64,000 bases of DNA, from contig CAMOZY010000004.1 of the NCBI GenBank assembly GCA_946631295.1, positions 2,316 through 66,315 of the forward strand, given 5' to 3'. This DNA is from an uncultured Lachnospiraceae bacterium (GTDB lineage Bacteria > Bacillota > Clostridia > Lachnospirales > Lachnospiraceae). Shown here piece after piece: positions 9,485 through 18,541 of this stretch (its first letter is position 1; each line of letters starts with the position of its first letter). The position numbers and the translations under genes are program-made. A model generated the notes under the pieces. It made no database searches. It worked only from the letters and a program-made list of their open reading frames with translations, and had not been told where the DNA came from.

Positions 9485-10912
9485 TCAATCTTGAGACTCT
9501 TTTTTACTGCTGTCTTCCATGGCTTCCGCCACCTTGAGCATGATCGCACATTCAACTCTCTTCTTCTGGAGTTCACAGCCGACCTCATAGGAGCTGGTAA
9601 TATCTCCGTGGAAATTATAGGAATTGGCCGCACAACCGCCACTGCAGTAGAATTTTGCAAAGCAGTCCTTGCATCCGGGCTTGGAATAGACATTACATGA
9701 AGCAAATTTCTCCCTGATCTCCGGCTTTTTGACTCCCTCATCCACATTTCCCATGAGGAATTTCTCATTTCCGACGAACTGATGGCAGGGATAGAGGTCT
9801 CCCCAGGGAGTAACTGCCATGTATTCACATCCGGCACCGCATCCTGACAATCTCTTATAGACACAGGGGCCGCCGGAAAGATCGATCATAAAGTGGAAGA
9901 AATTGAATGGTCTTCCGTCCTTTCTGCGAAGGATCATCTCGTGTGCGAGCTTATCATACTGATCCTTAAGGAAAGGAACATCCTCCATGGAAAGGGCATA
10001 ATCGTCAGTAGGCTGTGCAACAACAGGCTCAACAGAGATCTGCTCAAATCCGAGATCTGCAAGATGAAGAACATCTTCTGAAAAGTCCTTATTGAACTTC
10101 GTATAAGTGCCCCTTACGTAATAGTTCATCTGATTTCTGGATTCTGCAGCCTTGATGAACTTGGGGATTATGGTATCATAGCTTCCCTGTCCTCCTCTTG
10201 TGGGACGCATGCGGTCATTGACCTCCTTACGTCCGTCTATGGAAAGGACCATGTTGCTCATTTCCTTATTGGCAAATTCCTGTATATCGTCATTAAGAAG
10301 GACACCGTTTGTAGTAAGAGTAAAACGGAATTTCTTGTTGTGTTCTGCTTCAAGGCTTCTTCCGTAACGTACGATTTCCTTAACTACATCGAAATTAAGG
10401 GTGGGCTCTCCGCCAAAAAAATCAACCTCAAGATTCACATGGGAACCTGATTCTCTTACAAGGAAATCTATAGCCTTTTTGCCGACTTCGGCAGACATAA
10501 GACCGCGTGCACCGTTATATTCTCCTTCGCTTGCAAAACAGTACTTGCAGGCAAGGTTACAGTCATGTGCAATATGAAGACAGAGTGCCTTGACGTAAGC
10601 ACCTCTTTCCTTGAACTTGTCGATATAAGGCTCATAAACATCCTTTGAATAGAGTTTGCCTGCCTTGGCAAGTTCCATTATCTCTTCAACAGCTTCGTCG
10701 ACTTCCTCTTCGGATGCGGTCATATCTCCGGCAACATTGACAGCTGCCTTCATGGTATCCACATCGGTAACTCCGCCCTCGTAAATGGGCTCTACGACCT
10801 TGACCAGATCATAGACAAGATCATCAACCACATGGACGGAACCGCTGTTGACATCGAGAACAATATTATAGCCTTCACTTCTAAACTGATGGATCATAAA
10901 AACTCCTTGCAA
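9485..10912 (-). CDS. scfB: Thioether cross-link-forming SCIFF (ranthipeptide) radical SAM/SPASM maturase
   Basis: N-terminal RRE-like region, CNLACKYC, SPASM Cys (PC...GCGAG...PC...CKDC...CSGGC...C); directly downstream of the SCIFF peptide. Confidence 0.96.
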   Translation of the reverse strand: MQGVFMIHQFRSEGYNIVLDVNSGSVHVVDDLVYDLVKVVEPIYEGGVTDVDTMKAAVNVAGDMTASEEEVDEAVEEIMELAKAGKLYSKDVYEPYIDKFKERGAYVKALCLHIAHDCNLACKYCFASEGEYNGARGLMSAEVGKKAIDFLVRESGSHVNLEVDFFGGEPTLNFDVVKEIVRYGRSLEAEHNKKFRFTLTTNGVLLNDDIQEFANKEMSNMVLSIDGRKEVNDRMRPTRGGQGSYDTIIPKFIKAAESRNQMNYYVRGTYTKFNKDFSEDVLHLADLGFEQISVEPVVAQPTDDYALSMEDVPFLKDQYDKLAHEMILRRKDGRPFNFFHFMIDLSGGPCVYKRLSGCGAGCEYMAVTPWGDLYPCHQFVGNEKFLMGNVDEGVKKPEIREKFASCNVYSKPGCKDCFAKFYCSGGCAANSYNFHGDITSSYEVGCELQKKRVECAIMLKVAEAMEDSSKKESQD

Positions 10913-10930
10913 AAGAACTCTTTACAATAA

Positions 10931-10958
10931 AGAAGCAGTGTCTTCCAGACACTGCTCC
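10931..10958 (-). terminator. Hairpin between scfA and scfB (attenuating terminator or mRNA-stabilising stem)
   Basis: GCAGTGTC-TGGAA-GACACTGC followed by TTCTTTATT on the minus strand. Confidence 0.55.
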
Positions 10959-10995
10959 ATTTATCCGGGACACAGCCCGGCTGATATTTAATACA

Positions 10996-11142
10996 TTACT
11001 TCTTAAGCTGCTCGCAGGACTGGTTGCCTACGGTGCAGGAAGTCTTACATGCAGACTGGCAGGAGGTCTGGCACTCGCCACATCCACCCTTAACTGCAGA
11101 TTCCTTAAGATCTCTGGTCTCAATAGTCTTAATATGCTTCAT
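10996..11142 (-). CDS. scfA: SCIFF (six-cysteine-in-45) ranthipeptide precursor, 48 aa; not in the ORF track
   Basis: Translated by hand: MKHIKTIETRDLKESAVRGGCGECQTSCQSACKTSCTVGNQSCEQLKK, with SD AGGAGG. CGECQTSCQSACKTSC is the SCIFF signature. Confidence 0.97.
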   Translation of the reverse strand: MKHIKTIETRDLKESAVKGGCGECQTSCQSACKTSCTVGNQSCEQLKK

Positions 11143-11227
11143 AAAATCCTCCTAAATACACACATTCGTGTTATTTACTATATATTGGTAAAACTTCAAA
11201 TAACCTTGTAGATAATAGCATAAACGC

Positions 11228-12583
11228 CTAATCTTGGCAAGTAAGTGTTGAAACTTTGGCTTCCGATTCAGTTTCGGCATTCTCATCAGAAGCAGATTCC
11301 GATTCAGCCTTCTTGGCAATCTCTTCAAGTGCTGATTCCGACAGCGTAACCTCAACTTCTTCGATACGGTTCTGATCCATTCCCAGAACCTTAAGCGTGG
11401 TTCCATCCTCAAGAGTGACTTCTTCACCATCTTCAGGCATATGATCGAGACGTTCGATTATTATACCACCCATTGAATCATATTCTTCACTGGCAAGGGA
11501 TGTTCCTACAGCTTCATTGAAATCATCTATGCTGAGAGCACCCTCAACGATGTATTTTCCGTCTTCTTTTTTACGGATGAGCTCTTTTTCATCCTCATCG
11601 AACTCATCCCTGATCTCACCGACTATCTCTTCAAGAAGGTCCTCAAGAGTGATCATCCCCTCCATGGTTCCGTATTCGCTTAGGACAAATACGATATTGG
11701 AGGTTTCCTTACGCATCTGTGCGAGCAGGTCCTGTGTCTTTTTGAATTCATGTGTAAAGAGTGCTTCACGCATGATATCACGCACCTTGAAGTTCTCATG
11801 ATCCTCTAGACCTATGAATTCCTTCATATTAACGACACCGATTATGTTCTCCCTCTCCTCGTCGTAAACGGGAAGTCTGGTGTACATGCACTCCTTAAAG
11901 ACGGCAAGTACTTCATCATAGGTATTATCAACATCAATACATACCATGCGCACCTTGGGGATCATAATGTCCTTGGCTACATGATCCGTAAAGTCGAAGA
12001 GGTTATAGATCATATCACGCTCTTCGGGCTCTATCTCACCATCCTCATGGCTTACATCAACATATGTCTTGATTGCATCTTCCGTTATGGCATCAGGTTT
12101 ACCGTCGGCATCTATTCTCATTATGAAAAGAATAGCCTTGGCAACACCGTTAACAATGATTATGAACGGAGTAAAGATGATCATCAGAAGCTCTATGATA
12201 CCGCTGTAGGCAAGTGCCATCTTGTCAGCTGAAACAGTCGCCCAGGTCTTGGGTACCACTTCCCCGACGATAAGAATGACAAAAGTAAGTATACCCGTCA
12301 TTATACCTACGGATATGCCGAAATACTCTGTCGCGAGCATCGTGGAAATAGCTGAGGCGGTCAGATTGACGATATTATTGCCTATCAGCACTGTGCTGAG
12401 CAGTTTTGAACCTTTTTCGAGGATACGAAGGACTCTGGCGGCTTTCTTGTCGCCGTCATCAGCAAGACTCCTGATACGTGCCTTATTGCACGAAACAAAA
12501 GCCGTCTCCGCTGAAGAGAAGAAACCTGATAAGAATATAAGAATTATTAGTGTTACAACCTGTATGGGGCCCGGACTGTCCAT
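11228..12583 (-). CDS. HlyC/CorC (CNNM/DUF21 + CBS pair + CorC_HlyC) metal transporter family protein
   Basis: SGFFSSAETAF, LIGNNIVN, GEVVPK, DIMIP, YTRLPVY, TLEDLLEEIVGEIRDEFD. Confidence 0.93.
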   Translation of the reverse strand: MDSPGPIQVVTLIILIFLSGFFSSAETAFVSCNKARIRSLADDGDKKAARVLRILEKGSKLLSTVLIGNNIVNLTASAISTMLATEYFGISVGIMTGILTFVILIVGEVVPKTWATVSADKMALAYSGIIELLMIIFTPFIIIVNGVAKAILFIMRIDADGKPDAITEDAIKTYVDVSHEDGEIEPEERDMIYNLFDFTDHVAKDIMIPKVRMVCIDVDNTYDEVLAVFKECMYTRLPVYDEERENIIGVVNMKEFIGLEDHENFKVRDIMREALFTHEFKKTQDLLAQMRKETSNIVFVLSEYGTMEGMITLEDLLEEIVGEIRDEFDEDEKELIRKKEDGKYIVEGALSIDDFNEAVGTSLASEEYDSMGGIIIERLDHMPEDGEEVTLEDGTTLKVLGMDQNRIEEVEVTLSESALEEIAKKAESESASDENAETESEAKVSTLTCQD

Positions 12584-12600
12584 ATAAAGATAAAATTATT

Positions 12601-12712
12601 CCTCCTATTACGGGTTCCAGATTCTGCGGACGTCACCCATCCCGCCTGTGCAGGATAGTGCGTTTTTCCACATTTAGTTAATGATATTACAGAATGTCCA
12701 TGCTTTTGTCAA
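12601..12712 (-). promoter_or_regulatory. Sigma-A promoter plus structured 5' leader of the CorC-family gene (candidate cis-regulatory RNA)
   Basis: TTGACA (12712-12707), 17 nt, TAATAT (12689-12684); long stem 12625-12672; SD AGGAGG 12606-12601. Confidence 0.6.
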
Positions 12713-12713
12713 A

Positions 12714-15140
12714 TCACGCAGATTTTTCTTCAAAATACAGTGTGACTGCCTGCTGGATATCCGAGGCGATACGCTCTGCCTTCCTTCTGTGTGCCCTGCC
12801 GTCAGAAACAGTTTCAAGGACAATGGAGATTATATCCTCATCCGTAAAAGCAGGCTTATCAACGGAAAGAATGAAATTTGTATAGGCTTTTATCTCTTTT
12901 TCGGAAAGAAGAGGTATTTCAATGATCTCACCGCCATACATATACATCATACGTGACTCGGTATATGTACCGTCAGGGTTTTCATATTTTAATGCTTCAC
13001 CGCAGCTTGCAACTCTTTCTTCAAGCTCGCAGGCCCTGATCGGAAGATATCTGTTATCGCTATCTTCACCGGGCAGCAGCAGGATACGCATAAATTTCCA
13101 TGCCAAATCCTGAAGAGAAGAATCAGCTTTCAGTATATAGTTATCATAATAACTTACATATGATCCGTTGCCATCAGGTGAAGGAAAGCCCGTAAATACC
13201 GGTTTGTCGAACAATACAGAATATCCTGCATATAATGCATAAGCAGGATCAGTTATGGAGACCGGTTTTATACGGATACCTCCATCATAAACTGTCTGAT
13301 CATAGTATTTCCAATATTCGTATATTGTATCGTCAGAATAATCAATCTCTTCAGAAAGGGTAAGAGCATAATTCAAAAGAGATACAAATGCCGGATCTTC
13401 AAAATTACATGTTAATCCCTCAGGATCCACCCATGCCTCACCGCTCATAGTCATAAGGGTATTAAGGAATTCGGAACATGTCATATATCTGTCAAAGACA
13501 TTGCCGCCTTCTTCCCTGACGGCATCAGCATATTCAATGAATTCATCCACGGTCCAGTTCTCATACCCTTCAACAGTCCTGCTTCCGCCCATCATGGTGC
13601 TTACCGAAAAGTGAGGGATTATCTGATACAGTTTTCCGTCTATTCTTGCAGAATCGATCACTCCGCTGCAGAAATCGCTCATCTTCATATCAGGATCGGA
13701 GTCAATAAGCGATCCTATATCTGCAAGCATTCCCTTATCCGAAGCACTCCTTATATCGAGGTCATACATATGATCCAGACACACGATATCACACATATCT
13801 CCCTTGAAGATATCTTCGCTGAGCCTGGCGGCAGCATCGTCATAAATGCCATAGTCCTTTATCACAATCCTGCATCCGGATTCCGAAGTGTTGAATTCCA
13901 TTATCCTTTTCAGGAATTCTTCATCCAGCGACATGCATGCCATGGTGATAACGATCGAATCTTCTATCAGGTCCCGTTCAAGTCTGTCGCATACTACAAG
14001 TCTGGGAATATTATCAAAGTCATAATAACAGCAGAGGAATTTATCAAATCCGTTTACCGGAAGGATGCTGTATGCACTGCTTATCAGCAGATCCGAGTTG
14101 ATATAATCCATGAATTTCACTCCGGCCGAGCCTGCACTGCAGTACTGAAGTCCAAACAGACTGCCGAAAATAAGTTCATCATCCTCTGTGATTCCGAGGC
14201 ATTCGTACTGATTCCCTCCAATGGGGGATATTTCCTTTTCTCCCGTCAGGTTCAGGGTGTAAGGATTAAGTTTTCCAATGAGAGTTCCGGTACCTTCCAC
14301 ATCTGAGGGATGAAGAATGTATATACCGTCCTTCATGGAAATTGCATTTTCCAATGAAAAAACAGGCCTATCTTCGATTACCTGTCTCGAGATCAGTGCG
14401 CTTTTGGGAGAATTAGTCCTGTCCTCATCAAAGATTGCTGTTTTAAGTGTTCCGTCAGAAAGCCTGTAAACGATAAGAAGCGTATCGTCATCCGAAAAAA
14501 TATAATCATCCACACAGGCCACAGCTTCCTTATCTACAGGGAGCAGTCCCGTAAATACACACTCTCCCTTTTTATTCCATGTGATCTCAAAGGAATAGGT
14601 TACAGGATTCCTGCTCTCATTATAGCAATACACATCCATTAAACATTCAAGAATGCCGTTGCCATGATAATTAAATTCTGCATAATCAAAGCCTATGATA
14701 CTTTCATATTCGGCACCGGCTTCATCCAGAAGACTGTCCGCACTGTCAACTACAGGCAATTTAAGTTTGATCGTATCAGTGATCCTGCACTTATCATTTA
14801 CAAGGATCCATGAATATTCGTTCCTTGCACGATTGCCGGAATGACAGGCAACATAAAAAAAGCCCTCCTCAGTCCGTCCGCTGGAAGCAAACACGGTACC
14901 TTCGGTAAATTCATTACTTTCAAGCGGTGTGATATGATAAACGTTTTCTTTTGCAAGATCGGATGAAACATAAAGGGCAGGGTCTGTTTCAGGACAGGAT
15001 GAACTATCGTAAGTATCCGACACAGAATCCTGCTGAATCCCTGAAGTTGTGGAAAGATCACCTGCATATCCTGCACATGATGCAAGTGAAAAGATAAGTG
15101 TTATCGAGAGTATGATTGAAAAGAACCTGATCTTGAACAT
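12714..15140 (-). CDS. Large lipoprotein with a C-terminal extracellular solute-binding-protein-like domain (about 808 aa; start likely 15140)
   Basis: Signal peptide with lipobox FSLASC. The C-terminal half has SBP-like segments (CRIVIKDYG, DIVCL, WTVDEF, PVFTGFP, LAWKFMR). The N-terminal half is acidic and beta-rich. Confidence 0.65.
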   Translation of the reverse strand: MFKIRFFSIILSITLIFSLASCAGYAGDLSTTSGIQQDSVSDTYDSSSCPETDPALYVSSDLAKENVYHITPLESNEFTEGTVFASSGRTEEGFFYVACHSGNRARNEYSWILVNDKCRITDTIKLKLPVVDSADSLLDEAGAEYESIIGFDYAEFNYHGNGILECLMDVYCYNESRNPVTYSFEITWNKKGECVFTGLLPVDKEAVACVDDYIFSDDDTLLIVYRLSDGTLKTAIFDEDRTNSPKSALISRQVIEDRPVFSLENAISMKDGIYILHPSDVEGTGTLIGKLNPYTLNLTGEKEISPIGGNQYECLGITEDDELIFGSLFGLQYCSAGSAGVKFMDYINSDLLISSAYSILPVNGFDKFLCCYYDFDNIPRLVVCDRLERDLIEDSIVITMACMSLDEEFLKRIMEFNTSESGCRIVIKDYGIYDDAAARLSEDIFKGDMCDIVCLDHMYDLDIRSASDKGMLADIGSLIDSDPDMKMSDFCSGVIDSARIDGKLYQIIPHFSVSTMMGGSRTVEGYENWTVDEFIEYADAVREEGGNVFDRYMTCSEFLNTLMTMSGEAWVDPEGLTCNFEDPAFVSLLNYALTLSEEIDYSDDTIYEYWKYYDQTVYDGGIRIKPVSITDPAYALYAGYSVLFDKPVFTGFPSPDGNGSYVSYYDNYILKADSSLQDLAWKFMRILLLPGEDSDNRYLPIRACELEERVASCGEALKYENPDGTYTESRMMYMYGGEIIEIPLLSEKEIKAYTNFILSVDKPAFTDEDIISIVLETVSDGRAHRRKAERIASDIQQAVTLYFEEKSA

Positions 15141-15180
15141 TTTTATATTTCCGGTTATTTGATATTTTTCAGAAGTCAAA

Positions 15181-15720
15181 TCAGCTGACAACAATATTAG
15201 GAGCGGTAACCTGTCTGTCACAGTAGGGACATACGCCTGTTGTATTTGCTCTTATCTTGAGGTTTGCTCCGCACCCGGGACATGACATGCCTACAAACGG
15301 ACGATCCTTAACAGGATCCATGGACCTGAATCTGTCAGACAGGATGAATCTGTCACCCTGTGCATCATAAACAAGATTAACGAGTATTTTCTTTTTTTCC
15401 CCATATCTTCTGAGACGTGTCAATTTCTCAGGGGTCATATGAAGATATCCCGCAACATCCTTAACGGGAACCGATCCGTCGGAATCAGCTCTGAATACAT
15501 CCTCCATCGCCTTCAGTTTTCCAACATAGAACATAGTTTTCAGGTAATTAAGATTCAGAGCAAGAGCTATAAGAGTAAAGAGGATAAACACCGGGATAGT
15601 ATTTAAATCTCCGTATTCAATGGCAGTTCCTATAAAAACAATGATACCCGTAAAGGCAAAGACCTCTATGATCGACCATAAACCTAACTGAATGAAAAGT
15701 TTTGTACGATTGATATACAT
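15181..15720 (-). CDS. Membrane protein, two TM helices and a C-terminal zinc ribbon
   Basis: Two hydrophobic helices; CPGCG-x12-CPYC near the C-terminus. Confidence 0.75.
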   Translation of the reverse strand: MYINRTKLFIQLGLWSIIEVFAFTGIIVFIGTAIEYGDLNTIPVFILFTLIALALNLNYLKTMFYVGKLKAMEDVFRADSDGSVPVKDVAGYLHMTPEKLTRLRRYGEKKKILVNLVYDAQGDRFILSDRFRSMDPVKDRPFVGMSCPGCGANLKIRANTTGVCPYCDRQVTAPNIVVS

Positions 15721-15721
15721 A

Positions 15722-16276
15722 TCATGCCCCCGCTGATTCCGATCTCATATATGTTCCGCAGTGCTGGCATCTTGCCCCGCCATTAACTCTCATCGGAATC
15801 TGCGCCCCGCAGTTTGGACAATCTACACTGATGAAATCGCCCACTGTCTCGGATTTCATGATGATCATGGCGCCTTCCCATCCGTAAGTGATATTTCGCA
15901 GGATATTCTTCCCGGTCAGAATACGGATATCATCCCTTACTCTCCTGCCTGAAAAACCGGTAAGTCTTGAGAACACTTCATACGAAACCATTCCGTCAGT
16001 ATCTTCTTCAAAAATGCGGTTATATTTTTCAGCACGATACATTCTCCTCATCAGACTGATCGGAGGGAATGTCAGGGCAGATGCTATACCTCCGAAGAGT
16101 AAAAGTGCCATTGCCCCGGCCACAAAATAGACATACCCCTTATCAGGCTCTTTAAAAGCCAGGATAACGGTAAAGATCATAAACAGAATGGTTATAAACC
16201 AGACTATGCCTCCTATCAGGATCAGCATCTTACATATAGCCATTGTTGAAGCAATCTTCAGTTTGTTCAGATACAT
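15722..16276 (-). CDS. Membrane protein, two TM helices and a C-terminal zinc ribbon (paralog of neighbour)
   Basis: Two hydrophobic helices; CPNCG-x12-CQHC; SD AGGAG; 1 nt from the next gene. Confidence 0.75.
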   Translation of the reverse strand: MYLNKLKIASTMAICKMLILIGGIVWFITILFMIFTVILAFKEPDKGYVYFVAGAMALLLFGGIASALTFPPISLMRRMYRAEKYNRIFEEDTDGMVSYEVFSRLTGFSGRRVRDDIRILTGKNILRNITYGWEGAMIIMKSETVGDFISVDCPNCGAQIPMRVNGGARCQHCGTYMRSESAGA

Positions 16277-16327
16277 ATATATCTCCTGTTACAGGATGCA
16301 TCGGTTTCAAATACCTTTTTTATTCTG

Positions 16328-18079
16328 TCACGCGTCTGCATACTGTGCAGTATACAGGTCGTAATAGAACCCCTTTGATGCAAGCAGTGAATCATGGGTT
16401 CCTGTTTCGATAACATGTCCGTCCTTCATGACAAGGATAAGATCGGCTTCTCTGATCGTTGAAAGCCTGTGGGCTACGATGAAGCTTGTACGTCCCTTCA
16501 TGAGTTTTGCAAATGCACTCTGTATCTTAAGTTCAGTTCTTGTATCTATGGAACTCGTAGCTTCATCAAGAATGAGCATGGGAGGAAGCGCCAGCATTAC
16601 TCTTGAAATACAAAGCAGCTGCTTCTGTCCCTGTGACAGCCCTTCTCCATCCTCTCCTATCACGGTGTTATAGCCGTTTTCAAGTCTCTTGATAAATCCA
16701 TGTGCATGTGATGCCTTTGCAGCTTCTATAACCTCTTCATCTGAAGCACCGGGCTTACCCATACGGATATTATCCATTATTGTTCCGGATTTAAGCCATG
16801 TCTCCTGAAGGACCATTCCGTAGCAGTTACGAAGATCCTTTCTTGAGATTTCTCTGATATCCCTTCCGTCTACCTTAATACATCCTTTATCAGGCTCATA
16901 GAATCTCATCAGAAGATTTATGATGGTGGTCTTTCCGCATCCAGTAGGGCCTACAATCGCAATCCTCTGCCCGCTCTTAACATCCACATTCAGATTCTCG
17001 ATAAGAGGTCTGTCCGGAACATAACTGAAATCCACGCTGTCTATCTCTACATTTCCGCTTACTGAGTCCTTGGCAACAGGCTCTGCAGCTTCGGCAATGA
17101 CACTCTTTTCATCGATGAGTTCGAATATCCTTCCGGCACAGACAAGTGCGTTCTGGAACTCTGTAACAACTCCCGATATCTCGTTAAAAGGCTTCGTATA
17201 CTGGCTTGCATATCCGAGGAATGCGGTAAGACCGCCGACTGTTATTCCGCCGTTTATGGCATAAATCGCACCACCTATACCGACAAGTGCATATACACAT
17301 GAATTGACGAATCTCGTTGAGGGATTGGTAAGACTTGAGATAAAGATTGCCTTGAGTGATGCTTCACAAAGCCTGTCATCGGCCTGCCTGAAATTCTCTA
17401 TTGCTTCATCCTCGTATGAAAAGATCCTGACTGTTTTCTGGGATGAGATCATCTCTTCGGATAACTCAGTGAGGATTCCCCTTGCTTCAGACTGCGCCTT
17501 GAACATCGAGTGTGATCTTGTTGCGATGAACCTTGCAACAACAAGTGATAAAGGAGTTATACATACGACAAGGACTGCTATCAGCGGATTCAGACTGACC
17601 ATGAAGATAAGAGTTCCGATAATGGTCATAAGTCCCGTAAAGAGCTGGGTAAATCCCATCAATAAACCGTCTGCGAATGTATCCGCATCAGTGATCATCC
17701 TGCTAAGAATATCTCCGGTCCTGTGAGAATCCAGATACGAAATGGACAGCTCCTGAATCTTGGACATCGCATCATTTCTTATATCACGTACAACATTAAA
17801 GGTGATGTGATTTCCGAGCCTGCTCATAAGAAGCTGGAAAAAGGCAGATATAAGAGCCGCAATACCGACCTTGCCCGCAGCAATAAGCACCGCATGCATA
17901 TCTATACTTCCGGCGCCTGCACTGAGAAGATCCACGGCCCTTCCGGTAAGTACGGGAATATACAGAGAAAAAGCAACAGAAACGGCAGCAAAAATAAGAA
18001 CAAGCACCATTAACGGAATATACCTTCCGATATATTCCATAAGCCTTTTCATTGTTTTTTTGCTGCCTTTATTTTTCAT
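16328..18079 (-). CDS. ABC exporter half-transporter (TMD+NBD), consensus-site subunit; start likely 18079
   Basis: GPTGCGKTT, signature LSQGQKQLL, Walker B ILDEATSSID, AHRLSTI. Confidence 0.93.
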   Translation of the reverse strand: MKNKGSKKTMKRLMEYIGRYIPLMVLVLIFAAVSVAFSLYIPVLTGRAVDLLSAGAGSIDMHAVLIAAGKVGIAALISAFFQLLMSRLGNHITFNVVRDIRNDAMSKIQELSISYLDSHRTGDILSRMITDADTFADGLLMGFTQLFTGLMTIIGTLIFMVSLNPLIAVLVVCITPLSLVVARFIATRSHSMFKAQSEARGILTELSEEMISSQKTVRIFSYEDEAIENFRQADDRLCEASLKAIFISSLTNPSTRFVNSCVYALVGIGGAIYAINGGITVGGLTAFLGYASQYTKPFNEISGVVTEFQNALVCAGRIFELIDEKSVIAEAAEPVAKDSVSGNVEIDSVDFSYVPDRPLIENLNVDVKSGQRIAIVGPTGCGKTTIINLLMRFYEPDKGCIKVDGRDIREISRKDLRNCYGMVLQETWLKSGTIMDNIRMGKPGASDEEVIEAAKASHAHGFIKRLENGYNTVIGEDGEGLSQGQKQLLCISRVMLALPPMLILDEATSSIDTRTELKIQSAFAKLMKGRTSFIVAHRLSTIREADLILVMKDGHVIETGTHDSLLASKGFYYDLYTAQYADA

Positions 18080-18092
18080 CTGTTTTATTTCT

Positions 18093-18527
18093 TTAAAGCG
18101 TAGGTATATCATCCTGGGATACAACACGGATACCTGCTTTTGTAAGAGCTGCCTGTGCAGTCTTGTGATCGTTTACACGGAAAACCATGTATGCTTTATT
18201 TCCTGAGTTCTCGGCAGAAAGAGCATACATATATTCAAGATTGATCTTCTCGTCGGCAAATACCTTAAGTATCATGCTGAGACCACCGGGAATGTCAGGG
18301 ATTTCTGCAACAACCACACTGGTAAGCTTGTTGATATATCCGCCGTCCTTAAGAACGGTAGTAGCTTCATATACATCATCAACAATGATACGTACAATTC
18401 CGAAGCCCTCGGTCTCCGCAAGAGAAATACCTCTCATATTGATGCCGCGTTCAGCAAGAACTTCAGTCATCTCACACATTTTGCCTGGCTTGTTTTCCAA
18501 AAAGATAGAAATCTGTTTTACGCTCAT
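18093..18527 (-). CDS. Tandem ACT-domain protein associated with paaK
   Basis: QISIFLENKPG and AEIPDIPGGL ACT repeats; INLEYMYA. Confidence 0.88.
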   Translation of the reverse strand: MSVKQISIFLENKPGKMCEMTEVLAERGINMRGISLAETEGFGIVRIIVDDVYEATTVLKDGGYINKLTSVVVAEIPDIPGGLSMILKVFADEKINLEYMYALSAENSGNKAYMVFRVNDHKTAQAALTKAGIRVVSQDDIPTL

Positions 18528-18541
18528 ATGGCACCTCCTTA

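Noticed and set aside
9485-11142. scfA/scfB as a novel RiPP system
   Set aside because: It is the well-known, widespread clostridial SCIFF/ranthipeptide locus.
11152-11430. 92-aa minus-strand ORF overlapping the CorC 3' end
   Set aside because: Alternative frame over an acidic tail; no independent RBS.
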